From: a virus
UHGV virus genome: UHGV-0075595
Length of the DNA stretch: 35,420 nucleotides
Direction: 5' to 3' (one strand)
Below the pieces are notes generated by a model. The model was not told the origin of the DNA. It did not search any database and saw only the letters and a list, made by a program, of their open reading frames with translations. Of the stretch, positions 17,776 to 26,732 are shown one piece after another (position 1 is the stretch's first letter; the number at the start of each line of letters is the position of its first letter). Made by a program: the position numbers and the translations under genes.

Positions 17776-18380
17776 CAGGACAACCTCGCAATGGTAAACT
17801 CGTCAACCGGTGGCAGTGGTTCCTGTGATTCATTCTGGCTATGCGAGCCAGCACTAAGAATCACGCGATTGTACATATTGAGGGCAAACGTACCGAGGTC
17901 TGCATTCCCAGTCAGCGCCATGTTAATAGCTGCCGCAAGACGCCAGGCCAACGCCTCCATAAAAATGGCATCAAACATGTTCACATCTGTAACGCGAGAG
18001 ACATACTTGAGCCATGCCTGAGGCTGGTCTGTGTAGATCAACTTTCCTGTTCCGTTGGTGTCTACACCTACTTCGTACTGAACGCGCATTGCTGCTGTTG
18101 GATTGCGTACACCAGGAAGCATAATTTCAGTAATGCGCAGACAATCGGACGGGTACTGATACGCATATTCCCAGTCAGGCGGTGGATTGCTCGTATCTGC
18201 CAGCGCCACGCGTTTGGTAGCAAAGTTCCAGTCAAAATCAGAAAGCACAGCATCACGGCAGGCCTCAAAGTGCAGCGAACATTCCCCCGCTTCCTTGCTG
18301 GCTTCCGTCAGGCTGTTAATGCTGCGGCTATTGCCAATATTGGACAGCGCACGATTGCAGATCTCTACTACAGAGGCCAT
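17775..18380 (-). CDS. Tail tubular protein A-like (T7 gp11-like adaptor)
   Basis: 201 aa vs 196 aa for T7 gp11; N-terminal pattern N-AL-NIG...S-L-E...W-F resembles gp11 as recalled. Confidence 0.55.
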   Translation of the reverse strand: MASVVEICNRALSNIGNSRSINSLTEASKEAGECSLHFEACRDAVLSDFDWNFATKRVALADTSNPPPDWEYAYQYPSDCLRITEIMLPGVRNPTAAMRVQYEVGVDTNGTGKLIYTDQPQAWLKYVSRVTDVNMFDAIFMEALAWRLAAAINMALTGNADLGTFALNMYNRVILSAGSHSQNESQEPLPPVDEFTIARLS

Positions 18381-18703
18381 TACTCACCCCCATTGCCGTA
18401 CAGGGTTTCAGCCGCTGATTTTTCTACATCCCCGGAAACAGGAGCGATCGCCATATCAGTGATCTGCAGATCGGCGCTGCGATTAACACCATCGTCAGTT
18501 TCTCTGGCAGACAGGCCTCGAATAACAGCCTTTGCAGTTATCATCACTTCTGTTCCGACGCCCTGAGGTTGCGCCTTCAGCTTATTCAATGTGTCGTTAT
18601 TAAGAGTGATGCACAGCCCCCACGGGTATTCATCGCGAGTTCTGGTTTCTCCGCTCTCATCCTGGTAGCTGTCAGTGCCGGTTTTGAGGTTTACGAGTTC
18701 CAT
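18380..18703 (-). CDS. Hypothetical structural-module protein
   Basis: Start moved to ATG at 18703 with perfect AGGAG RBS 5 nt upstream (track start is GTG at 18709). Confidence 0.45.
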   Translation of the reverse strand: MELVNLKTGTDSYQDESGETRTRDEYPWGLCITLNNDTLNKLKAQPQGVGTEVMITAKAVIRGLSARETDDGVNRSADLQITDMAIAPVSGDVEKSAAETLYGNGGE

Positions 18704-18719
18704 ATACACTCCTGCAATA

Positions 18720-18737
18720 AAGGGGCCGAAGCCCCTT
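18720..18737 (-). other. Stable RNA stem-loop on minus strand (AAGGGGC-UUCG-GCCCCUU) followed by UUAUU; partial terminator or mRNA-stability element
   Basis: 7-bp GC-rich stem with UUCG tetraloop in intergenic gap 18710..18753. Confidence 0.45.
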
Positions 18738-18753
18738 GTCTGATCCGCGAGGC

Positions 18754-19098
18754 TTACACGCCCAGTTCTTTACGCTTATCTGCGATCTTCTCGCGGAGCG
18801 TTTCGGCTTTGGCGTTATGGTGTGGCTTCTCGTTAAAGAGCAATTCGTACTCTTCACGGAGCTTATCCAGTTCACCATCATCTGACACATCGTTGATGAT
18901 TTTGGTGCTGGTTGCTGCCATTGACTCTTTTCCTGCAACTTTTGCTTTTGCCTGTCTGGCTGCATCGTTAACAGGTTCCAGTGCGCTACCAGGCTCACCT
19001 TCGTATTCGATTTCTGCCCCCTCCGGCCACAGAGTGTTATGGATATGAGAGAGGCGCAGAACGCGGTATCTTGGTTTCTCACCTGACATCAATATCAC
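18754..19098 (-). CDS. Hypothetical head-module protein
   Basis: 114 aa, charged; between capsid-proximal genes and tail genes. Confidence 0.4.
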   Translation of the reverse strand: MILMSGEKPRYRVLRLSHIHNTLWPEGAEIEYEGEPGSALEPVNDAARQAKAKVAGKESMAATSTKIINDVSDDGELDKLREEYELLFNEKPHHNAKAETLREKIADKRKELGV

Positions 19099-19099
19099 C

Positions 19100-19537
19100 T
19101 TAACCAGTTACTTTTGAGCGGATCGGATACGGCGTATTGGCATCAACATCAAGATTGATACCCGCAGTGAATTTGCCAGCCGTTAGTGGGCCAGTTGCGA
19201 CGGAGTAGTTAACACGCAGATATCGCTGAACACCGGCTGGCACCTTTGCAGAAACAACTCGCTTACCTGCTGTCAGGGTGGCCTTTGCCAGTGCGCCACT
19301 ATCATAAATAGTGGACCATGAGCTGTTATCCTCACTCGTCTGCAACTGGATGTTTACAGTTGCATCACCGCTTGCTGCGGCGGCTGTGTTAACCAGCGCC
19401 CAAAACTCAAGCGGGTAACCCACGCCGATATCACGACGTTTTCCGTCAATTGGACCGAGATCGATTACGTCAGTAGAAGCCGCGGTATCAGTTACCGCCT
19501 GTGCTTCGGAGAACATCAACAGTTTGTCGGTGATCAT
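19100..19537 (-). CDS. Putative capsid decoration / head-associated protein
   Basis: 145 aa, beta-rich T/S/A/G composition; immediately downstream of major capsid gene. Confidence 0.4.
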   Translation of the reverse strand: MITDKLLMFSEAQAVTDTAASTDVIDLGPIDGKRRDIGVGYPLEFWALVNTAAAASGDATVNIQLQTSEDNSSWSTIYDSGALAKATLTAGKRVVSAKVPAGVQRYLRVNYSVATGPLTAGKFTAGINLDVDANTPYPIRSKVTG

Positions 19538-19552
19538 CTTCTTTCTCCATTA

Positions 19553-19572
19553 GTGGGTCTGTTACGACCCAC
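19553..19572 (-). other. RNA stem-loop immediately downstream of major capsid gene (GUGGGUC-N6-GACCCAC)
   Basis: 7-bp perfect stem in 51-nt gap between capsid stop (19589) and next start (19537); no U-tract. Confidence 0.4.
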
Positions 19573-19588
19573 AGGTTAATAACAGGCG

Positions 19589-20581
19589 TTACACCACGCG
19601 GGCTTCTGTTTCCAGAAGCGCATCAGTTTCACGGATTGGTACACCACGGAATGAAGTCCACCACTCGCCTTCTGTCTCTTTTACGCTGATCGCCAGAGAT
19701 GTTTTCTCCAGAGACTGCAAATCAAGAGCCTGGCCTACAGTGCGGTTCATGTAGAACACCGGGCGCCCCATGCCACGGTTCGGAATGCGATGCAGTGCTT
19801 TAACCATCAACTTCGCAATATTTGCGGCAGAGGAAGGTTCTGAAAGATTGCTGACATCGATGTTTGCAATGCGAACAACATAACGCCAGTCACGCAGAGC
19901 AAGTCCGTTGTCCCATTTGTAATGGGTACGGTAGCCTTCGTACTTGCCGCCATTCGCATCTTCCAGTGTCACCTGGCCTTTATCTTCCATCTGGATGCCA
20001 GCCTTCTTCCCTTTCGGGAAGATGCCATGCACGGTGTTTTCGCCCCACACTACTAACCAGATTGAGGTGTTATCTGTACCCGTGCCACCAGCATCAATGA
20101 TGTTCTGAGCATTACCCGCAGACAGGCTGGAATAGCGGGAGGACAGTCCCATAAACTGCTGAGGGTTAACGCTGGAATCACCATAAAACAGCGTCTGCGC
20201 CATCTGCTGATTCATCGCTTCAATAAATGCGCGGTCTTCAGACAGGCGGAATTCGGCGGTATTGCCGTTCAGATCAGCCAGTGACTTATCGACTTCAGCA
20301 TAGGTTTCCAGCATGCCCACGGAATCGGTTACCTGCACTGTGGTTGATTTGCTTGGCTGTACGCCATAGTTCAGCAAACGCCAGGTAGCTGAAGGTAAAC
20401 CAGAACGAATGGTGGTTCGGTGTCCGGTAGGAAGGTTCCCTTCGACAAAAGGCATATCCTGAAGGATCGGGTTAGTTTGACCGAGAAGCTCGATAATCTT
20501 ATCGACTTTCCCGTTTGGATCGACGCGCTTACCCCAGTCAGCCAGCGTCAGCGCAGTTAAGCCTTTAACAGCCATTGTCAT
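19589..20581 (-). CDS. Major capsid protein
   Basis: 330 aa; follows scaffold-like gene and portal; family not verified. Confidence 0.65.
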   Translation of the reverse strand: MTMAVKGLTALTLADWGKRVDPNGKVDKIIELLGQTNPILQDMPFVEGNLPTGHRTTIRSGLPSATWRLLNYGVQPSKSTTVQVTDSVGMLETYAEVDKSLADLNGNTAEFRLSEDRAFIEAMNQQMAQTLFYGDSSVNPQQFMGLSSRYSSLSAGNAQNIIDAGGTGTDNTSIWLVVWGENTVHGIFPKGKKAGIQMEDKGQVTLEDANGGKYEGYRTHYKWDNGLALRDWRYVVRIANIDVSNLSEPSSAANIAKLMVKALHRIPNRGMGRPVFYMNRTVGQALDLQSLEKTSLAISVKETEGEWWTSFRGVPIRETDALLETEARVV

Positions 20582-20589
20582 TTCCTCTC

Positions 20590-21291
20590 TTATTTGCCAT
20601 AGAGCACTTCGGCCGCACTACGCTGGCCTTCATTACCACCGGTGACCATGCCATCTTCAGACATCGCCTTTCCGATTTTCACGAACGTTTTGACCAGATC
20701 AGGGTGATTACCCAGTCCGGTGGTGTTCAGATATTCTTTGAGCTCGGGTGTCCCGAACTGGTCAAGCGCACGCTGTGCGGCGCTAAGGTTAGAAATCAAC
20801 TTGTCGCCACCAATTTCTTTGTCAGCTTTTACATCAGCAGCCCACTGCTCGGTTGTTTTCTGCCAGGCTTCTGCCTGGCGCTGCTGCACACCTGCCAGAA
20901 TCTTCGGATAAGCATCAACCAGCTTTTGCGCTTGCTCGTTGGTCAGGTTTAGTTCTCGCGCCACCGGCTCGAATTCCTTCAACGCTTCTGTATCCAGCTC
21001 TACGCCTTCGGCAGCCTGAAACTCGTACTTTTCAGGCGCACCCTCTGGTTTATCGCCGTCCTTTTTTTCATCCTGCTTATCGTTTTCAGGCTTTTTGTCA
21101 TCAGCAGGTTTATCGCCATCAGCAACAGGTTGTGGCTTATCACCTTCCTGTTGTGATGGATCACCAACTGGAGCAGGGTTATCACCTGCAGGCGCTGACG
21201 GTTCTGACGCAGCCGGAGCTGCTCCACCATCGACTGGTTGCTCATTGCAAAGACGGCGATACAGCAAACGCTCAAATAAATTCATGATCAC
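20590..21291 (-). CDS. Scaffolding protein (acidic, low-complexity P/D/K/E-rich N-terminal half)
   Basis: 233 aa; composition and position between portal and capsid. Confidence 0.55.
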   Translation of the reverse strand: MIMNLFERLLYRRLCNEQPVDGGAAPAASEPSAPAGDNPAPVGDPSQQEGDKPQPVADGDKPADDKKPENDKQDEKKDGDKPEGAPEKYEFQAAEGVELDTEALKEFEPVARELNLTNEQAQKLVDAYPKILAGVQQRQAEAWQKTTEQWAADVKADKEIGGDKLISNLSAAQRALDQFGTPELKEYLNTTGLGNHPDLVKTFVKIGKAMSEDGMVTGGNEGQRSAAEVLYGK

Positions 21292-21584
21292 TCCTGTTCA
21301 CTGGCCTCTTTGGCCATCTTCAAATACTGTTCAGGGCAATGCGCCATAACGCGCTGAAACAGTTCCAGCGCCAGATTGCGTTGCCCCTCATTAAATGCCA
21401 TTGCCATAGCGTCCATCGGTGAGATAGCGGAAAACACACGGCCTTTCTCCAGCACCGACCAGACAACGCGACGCCCCTGTTCACTGCTCATGACAAAGCG
21501 AATGTCATCAATTTCACGCTGTGCCATGTCACGTTGCTTACGGGCGTTTTCTTCTTTCAGTTGATCGTCTTCGTAATCTGTCAT
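21288..21584 (-). CDS. Hypothetical head-assembly protein
   Basis: 98 aa, charged; overlaps portal stop and scaffold start. Confidence 0.4.
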   Translation of the reverse strand: MTDYEDDQLKEENARKQRDMAQREIDDIRFVMSSEQGRRVVWSVLEKGRVFSAISPMDAMAMAFNEGQRNLALELFQRVMAHCPEQYLKMAKEASEQE

Positions 21585-23260
21585 TGTGATTGCCCACCCT
21601 GACCACTAACTGCATTCGCCATAGCTGAAAACACACTCGGATCCGAAGTTTTAGCTTCGCTTAGCGTCTTGGCCCCCTGTGCCGCCGCCATCCCCATCGC
21701 CATCATTTGTTGCTGCTGTTGTTGCTGTGCCCGTTGCTGGCGAGCCTGCTCAACCTGTTCCTGCGGAACAATGACGGTTGGAGACACTCCGGACATATCA
21801 GCGAATGCATCGATCGCCTGATCAACGTTGAGTTTGTCGAGAGCTTCTGGTTTCGCTTGCGCAAGTTGACCAATGAAGTTGACCGTAGACGCCAGACTGG
21901 ACAGGCCGATAGACTTCTGCGCCTGAGCCATGACGGAAATGTATTCGACCTTCAGGGGCATACCTTCCATCGCGTCAGGCGGTGGCGGCAGCATGTTTTT
22001 ACGCACCATCATCGAGAAAGCGCGGTCAATGAGAGGATTAAGACATTCGTCGTTCAGACGCTCCAGAACCGGCCCCAACATCAGAAGTTTTTCTTCTTTC
22101 ATTTCGATCACTGCTTCAACAGGCATCGAGCGGGTATTGATGTTCTGCAACATCATGAACAGATCGACAAAGTAGGCGCTGTTAATGATTTGACGAGTGT
22201 CCTGAATGTCTGCCACCAAATCTGCTGTACTGGGGTTAACCAGATAAGCAGGCCTGAAACCATCCTGACCAGTAATCTGATCGATATACGTGATGTCGCC
22301 AGGAAGAAGGGAGGCACGCTGATTCTTGAGGGAAGTCGGAGCAACCATCGGCGGATTGGTGGCTTTATCAATCAACTGCGACTTGCGCTTCTGGAGAAGC
22401 TGCAATGCCTTAACAGGTCCAAGCGCCAGCATACCCGGGCATGATGATCCATAAACATCTTCGCCATTAACTTCCCAGCGCGGAGCCATAATTGGAAACT
22501 CATCAAATCCGGACTCACGCAACAACTTGTCGTTATCGCCACCAACCTCGTAATAAACCGATTTGAATGGCTTGTTCTTGCTATCCAGCTTCGATGTATC
22601 GCGGTCAATGTTCGGGTAAACCGAATGCATCACGTCAATCCACTTCTCGTAGGTGCCGCTTTCCCACATGCTTTTTACGGATTCGCTGACGTTATTTAGC
22701 CCGAACTCCTGAACAAGCTGACGAACAGTCATAGAGAACTTGCGAAAACAGGTGTCCACACTGCCACGAGGTGAGTTAGCCAGGTAGTAACTGCCTATCG
22801 GGAATGGCATTGTGCGAATGATGTCCTCGTCATCCTCCAGCACCGCCATTGCACCAGTGCTGTATGTGCCGAGGCTTCCGTATAACTGCGGAAGAGACTG
22901 GTAGAGATTCGACTTATTGAACATATCGTTCATGCGGTTCTGCACCGCCTCGAGCCACAACTTAACAGGACCATAATCCATCATTTCAGGATCTGGCGTA
23001 GCCAGGCGAAACCACGGACGCGCAGGGCTTGTGATGCCTGACATCATGCCGCTGGCGAGAGTGCGCGCCGCCATAGTCCCGGTCGAATCAATAATGCGTG
23101 TATTGCGTCGATCGTTACGGTTGACCTCAGAAGTCAGAAAGCGGGAACCACGCGGGTTGATGTAATCACTCAACTCGCGCCAGTGCGGCTCGAACGACTG
23201 ACGCTCGCTTTCAAGTTGTGCGAACTGTTTGTTCAATCGCTCTTTAGTTGTTTCCGCCAT
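21581..23260 (-). CDS. Portal (head-to-tail connector) protein, T7 gp8-like
   Basis: 559 aa; C-terminal QQRAQQQQQQQMMAMGMAAAQGA tail resembles T7 gp8 C-terminus; GGAG RBS. Confidence 0.75.
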   Translation of the reverse strand: MAETTKERLNKQFAQLESERQSFEPHWRELSDYINPRGSRFLTSEVNRNDRRNTRIIDSTGTMAARTLASGMMSGITSPARPWFRLATPDPEMMDYGPVKLWLEAVQNRMNDMFNKSNLYQSLPQLYGSLGTYSTGAMAVLEDDEDIIRTMPFPIGSYYLANSPRGSVDTCFRKFSMTVRQLVQEFGLNNVSESVKSMWESGTYEKWIDVMHSVYPNIDRDTSKLDSKNKPFKSVYYEVGGDNDKLLRESGFDEFPIMAPRWEVNGEDVYGSSCPGMLALGPVKALQLLQKRKSQLIDKATNPPMVAPTSLKNQRASLLPGDITYIDQITGQDGFRPAYLVNPSTADLVADIQDTRQIINSAYFVDLFMMLQNINTRSMPVEAVIEMKEEKLLMLGPVLERLNDECLNPLIDRAFSMMVRKNMLPPPPDAMEGMPLKVEYISVMAQAQKSIGLSSLASTVNFIGQLAQAKPEALDKLNVDQAIDAFADMSGVSPTVIVPQEQVEQARQQRAQQQQQQQMMAMGMAAAQGAKTLSEAKTSDPSVFSAMANAVSGQGGQSQ

Positions 23261-23274
23261 TTCAATGACTCCGG

Positions 23275-23481
23275 TTACTGACCAAGCAGCGTTTTACCGC
23301 TGGTATTAGCGGTTGATGTGTCGCCCTGAGAACCGGTAAGCAGCGTAGAACTACGACCAGCAGCAGCGCGACGGCGACGAGTTTCTTCGTCGCGGGCATC
23401 AACAACGGCGGCATCCTGCTCCTGTGGTGCTGCCTGAACTTCTGGTGTTGCAGGCACTGATGGTGAGCTACCCATGCACAT
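23275..23481 (-). CDS. Small acidic/Ser-rich hypothetical protein, first gene of late operon
   Basis: 68 aa; translation-initiation region GGAGTCATTGATATG nearly identical to that of portal (GGAGTCATTGAAATG). Confidence 0.45.
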   Translation of the reverse strand: MCMGSSPSVPATPEVQAAPQEQDAAVVDARDEETRRRRAAAGRSSTLLTGSQGDTSTANTSGKTLLGQ

Positions 23482-23571
23482 ATCAATGACTCCGTACGCA
23501 ATTAAATTATTACCAATTTAACCACATATGATTTATTTATCGTAGAAGGTTGACATTTAACGCGTGAATTA

Positions 23572-23586
23572 TTACCTTTCAGGTAA
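23572..23586. promoter_or_regulatory. Operator-like palindrome TTACCTTTCAGGTAA in the late-operon / tRNA control region
   Basis: Identical to site at 4502..4516; preceded by TTGACA (23550..23555) and AATTAT; half-site TTACCAATTTAACCA at 23510..23524. Confidence 0.55.
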
Positions 23587-23908
23587 CCAAAGAGCTCATT
23601 CTGGTTACTAACCTGACTGGCTTGTCGTTAAATTAAACAGGTGGAGTGAGCTTTTATTTTGAGCAGTACGGCGTATGGCACATGCGCCGATAGCGGTCTG
23701 GATACGTTTAAGGGGCACCCTCCCTTGCTCGGGCAAACGAACCAGGTAGCCGGAATGTGCAAGTCGAGCGGTTTTATTCCGCGCACGGGGATTCACCATC
23801 CCGGCGATTCGGTGTGACGCCTCGGAAGAGACGAGGGTACAACGATGAGAGCATTTATGGAGCCGCGACAAAGTGTGGCGCCTTAACAGGCTAAGTGCTC
23901 TCAGCGTT

Positions 23909-23985
23909 GTGGCATTAGCTCAGTTGGACAGAGCAACCGCCTTCTAAGCGGTTGGTCGCAGGTTCGAATCCTGCATGCCACGCCA
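23909..23985 (+). tRNA. tRNA-Arg (anticodon UCU, reads AGA/AGG)
   Basis: Manually folded cloverleaf: acceptor GTGGCAT/ATGCCAC, D-stem GCTC/GAGC, anticodon stem ACCGC/GCGGT with loop CTTCTAA, T-arm GCAGG-TTCGAAT-CCTGC, discriminator G, encoded CCA. Confidence 0.85.
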
Positions 23986-23994
23986 GAATCACGC

Positions 23995-24474
23995 CTAAGG
24001 ACCGTGATGCCAGAAGTTCCAGGTGCTTGGCGGTGATGGTTTCCCTTGAACAGCCCATTCAAGACCATCTTTTTGACCTTGGAGATAATCAAGCGGCAAC
24101 TCTTCATGATTACTTGCAGGTTCGGCACTATGAAGCATGGCAGCGCGGCAGGCGTTCCAGCCTCTCACCTCTGCAATAGCGGCAACAGCATCAACCGCGT
24201 ACATGCTAAGAGGATTAGGCATTGGTTTTTCTTCCGGTACTACTGGCACTGGAGGGGTGGCGTAGAGTGGAACTCCTCCCCCTCCACCAGAAAATTCATT
24301 GCGAGCGTTATACTCACGACCATCTGCGTCATCACGCATCCACGCCACCGGTTCTGCTTCCAGCGATGCCAGTGCAATTTCATAAGCACGGCGCTCAATA
24401 TTGTCTCGAACGTCCAGGCTGCCTATGCGCTCTTTGATTTCTTTAATCATTTCTTTGTCGGTGAAAGTGCTCAT
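23995..24474 (-). CDS. Hypothetical early protein
   Basis: Start at ATG 24474 with perfect AAGGAG RBS 6 nt upstream (track start is upstream TTG). Confidence 0.45.
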   Translation of the reverse strand: MSTFTDKEMIKEIKERIGSLDVRDNIERRAYEIALASLEAEPVAWMRDDADGREYNARNEFSGGGGGVPLYATPPVPVVPEEKPMPNPLSMYAVDAVAAIAEVRGWNACRAAMLHSAEPASNHEELPLDYLQGQKDGLEWAVQGKPSPPSTWNFWHHGP

Positions 24475-24475
24475 A

Positions 24476-25210
24476 TCAATCTCCTTTGGTACCAATGTTT
24501 ACAGCCTGGCAAGCCTCTTTGAGCACCCAGTCAACAGCGTCTTTCCATGCTCCGGTTTCGACTGGCGGATTCTCACGCTTTACCTGTTCATAGAAGCACA
24601 CTGCTTTAACCAGTCCTTCCGGTACTACTGGTGATGGCTGTTTAGCTTCTAAATCAGCAATTCTGTCAACCACGGCATCTACGGCATCTGAAAAGCCGAA
24701 CCAGTTACTCCACTCCGGCCTATCCCCGGTTGCTGCAAAGTACATATCAGCCAAAGCAGACTCAGCATGGTCACGCTCGTTAATGAGTTGCTCTTCGCTT
24801 TTCTCCAGTTCAGCAATACGCTTACTTCCATCCGAGATAACACCTTCGTAATACTCGCGCTGCTCGTTGAGTTTTGATTTTGTCTCCTCAAGCTCAACAC
24901 GCAGTTTCCCTACCGTTAGCGCAATATCCTCGTTCTCCTGGTCACGGCGTTTGATGTATTGCTGGTTTCTTTCCCGTTCATCCAGCAGCGCCTGCACTAC
25001 TTCAGGGTTGAAAGCTGCGATATAACGAGCGTTGTTCTCTGCGTTGTTCTGTCCATCAAAGCCGGTCCATTTGATAACGTCTTCACATCGTTTATCACCA
25101 GGTGTATGCACCGCATATGTACCAGTACCAGACGAAATAAATGCGACCCATTCACCCTGTGTTGCCAGTTGCGCCGCCTCACGCAGTGCCTGATAGTCAA
25201 TCTTGTTCAT
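24476..25210 (-). CDS. Hypothetical early protein with central coiled coil (resembles lambdoid Ea22/Ead-type proteins, unverified)
   Basis: 244 aa; AGGGTG RBS; E/R/K/Q-rich helical middle region. Confidence 0.4.
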   Translation of the reverse strand: MNKIDYQALREAAQLATQGEWVAFISSGTGTYAVHTPGDKRCEDVIKWTGFDGQNNAENNARYIAAFNPEVVQALLDERERNQQYIKRRDQENEDIALTVGKLRVELEETKSKLNEQREYYEGVISDGSKRIAELEKSEEQLINERDHAESALADMYFAATGDRPEWSNWFGFSDAVDAVVDRIADLEAKQPSPVVPEGLVKAVCFYEQVKRENPPVETGAWKDAVDWVLKEACQAVNIGTKGD

Positions 25211-25211
25211 G

Positions 25212-25511
25212 TCACATCACCCTGAATCCGTTGCATTTACGTAAGAAATCGCAGATATAGCCCTTCATTTTTTCATGCCAATCTCGATCATTCCCATTGC
25301 ACCAACCATCAGGTGGAGTCCAGTTTTCTATCAGAGCAGCCATTTTCTTTGCTTTCGCCGGAGTAGCTGTTGCGGTATCGCAGTAATGACGAGTGTCAAC
25401 CAACGCATCCATACCATCGATATCAAGTACGCAAAACCATGTGTGATTCGGAATTCCTACAGGTGGTATTTGTTGCCCACGTCGACGTTTATCAATAAGA
25501 TATACACTCAC
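25212..25511 (-). CDS. Hypothetical early protein (Cys/His/Trp-containing)
   Basis: GTG start at 25511 with AGGAGG RBS, overlapping upstream stop (GTGA coupling). Confidence 0.4.
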   Translation of the reverse strand: MSVYLIDKRRRGQQIPPVGIPNHTWFCVLDIDGMDALVDTRHYCDTATATPAKAKKMAALIENWTPPDGWCNGNDRDWHEKMKGYICDFLRKCNGFRVM

Positions 25512-26308
25512 TGCTTGCCTCCTTTGCGAATCTGTTCCGCCCATTCTTCAAGGGATTTCTCCGCATATTCACCGGACAGGCCATCAATCGGATGCGGTTC
25601 ATTAGCCAACTCTTCTTTCGCTGACAAAATCATGCGTGTAACGTCGAAAACTTCACGCAAAGATTTATTGATAAATCCGTGATTGAACGCAGCAGCAAGA
25701 CGGCTGGCGGTATAGTTAATCCCCTCGTTGCGTGCTTCCGCACGTACTTCAGCAAGGAAGGCATCGGTGGCTGGGGTTTCGACATTAGGTCGAAGCTCAT
25801 AATCACAAACTCTTTCAATCCATGGTGATACTCTGTCGCATTTCCTCTTCTTGCGTTCACCGACCTTGGTTGCCTGCTGAATAATTACCCCCCAGCAAAT
25901 GCTTTCGACCTCTTCGCTCCATCCATCGCAAGCATCGCCTCTATAGTCGTCAATTGCAGCCTCAGCAGCAGCGATAGCCTCCTCAGCAGTTTTGTGACAC
26001 TCGAAACTAAATTCAGAGCCATATGAGAAATACATAGCCCCGGCCTTCAGTCTTGCATTCTCCGCCGCCAACGCCGAAAACTTCTCGTGTGCCAACTTAA
26101 CAGCCGAATCAGCCTGCTTAATTGACTCAGTCGCTCTCTGGTGGTCTTCGGCCAGCGCATTAGCACGCACCAGTTGCACTTCCAGTTGCGTTGCCAAATC
26201 GCTGATCAGCTTTGCCACACTGCGCATATCAACGGCACCACATTCTGCTTTCAATTCCGAAGCCATCTCATGCCCGGCGGCAACTAACCCTTTGATGTTA
26301 CTTTCCAT
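25508..26308 (-). CDS. Hypothetical early protein with N-terminal coiled coil
   Basis: 266 aa; GAGGGT RBS. Confidence 0.4.
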   Translation of the reverse strand: MESNIKGLVAAGHEMASELKAECGAVDMRSVAKLISDLATQLEVQLVRANALAEDHQRATESIKQADSAVKLAHEKFSALAAENARLKAGAMYFSYGSEFSFECHKTAEEAIAAAEAAIDDYRGDACDGWSEEVESICWGVIIQQATKVGERKKRKCDRVSPWIERVCDYELRPNVETPATDAFLAEVRAEARNEGINYTASRLAAAFNHGFINKSLREVFDVTRMILSAKEELANEPHPIDGLSGEYAEKSLEEWAEQIRKGGKQ

Positions 26309-26369
26309 CTTTACCCTCGCTTATCCACATAACTTATTGATTACATTGATAACTAAAAATATCGTCGAT

Positions 26370-26714
26370 TCAGAACTCTTCGATGTTCCAGCCACCACCT
26401 GCTTTCTTTGGCTTAACCGTTACCCCGATGATTCGGAACGGATACTGATCTGCGGCGACTTTGGTTTTCACCCTGGCGTCGTCGGTCCAGAAACCTTTCA
26501 CTTCGTGCAGTTCCATCTCTCCGGTGGCGAGCATCACAGCGAAATCTGGCGTATAGAACGTGTTGTCAGCTAACCGCAGCTTGATACCCTCAAATCGATA
26601 CCAGACGATTTCTCCTGCACGTTTACGCATCTCAAGGTGCTGACAATACGCAGATTCTGTTTTGTTCATCTGGCCTGTTTTGAGTCGACCAAGAGCCTGT
26701 ATCTGTTTTCTCAT
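26370..26714 (-). CDS. Putative small PD-(D/E)xK nuclease (VRR-NUC-like or RusA-like)
   Basis: 114 aa; motif TPDFAV...EMELHEVKG consistent with PD...E-x-K; AGGGG RBS; operator overlaps RBS. Confidence 0.35.
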   Translation of the reverse strand: MRKQIQALGRLKTGQMNKTESAYCQHLEMRKRAGEIVWYRFEGIKLRLADNTFYTPDFAVMLATGEMELHEVKGFWTDDARVKTKVAADQYPFRIIGVTVKPKKAGGGWNIEEF

Positions 26715-26717
26715 GAT

Positions 26718-26732
26718 TTACCCCTGAGGTAA
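26718..26732. promoter_or_regulatory. Operator-like palindrome TTACCCCTGAGGTAA overlapping RBS of gene 26370..26714
   Basis: Perfect half-sites; 62 bp from site at 26780. Confidence 0.5.

Noticed and set aside
23756-23771. 16S-rRNA-like motif TGCAAGTCGAGCGG in the tRNA leader
   Set aside because: Only about a 15-nt resemblance to the conserved 16S 5-prime region, with no flanking rRNA similarity or size; coincidental.
23909-23985. tRNA-Arg as the integrase attachment site (attL/attR)
   Set aside because: The tRNA is complete and flanked on both sides by phage genes, about 10 kb from int; the att site should lie beyond the right edge next to int.
23608-24128. Minus-strand ORFs 23608..23871 and 23901..24128 overlapping the tRNA and its leader
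   Set aside because: Arg-rich, no RBS, and one overlaps the tRNA-Arg gene itself; treated as non-coding region.
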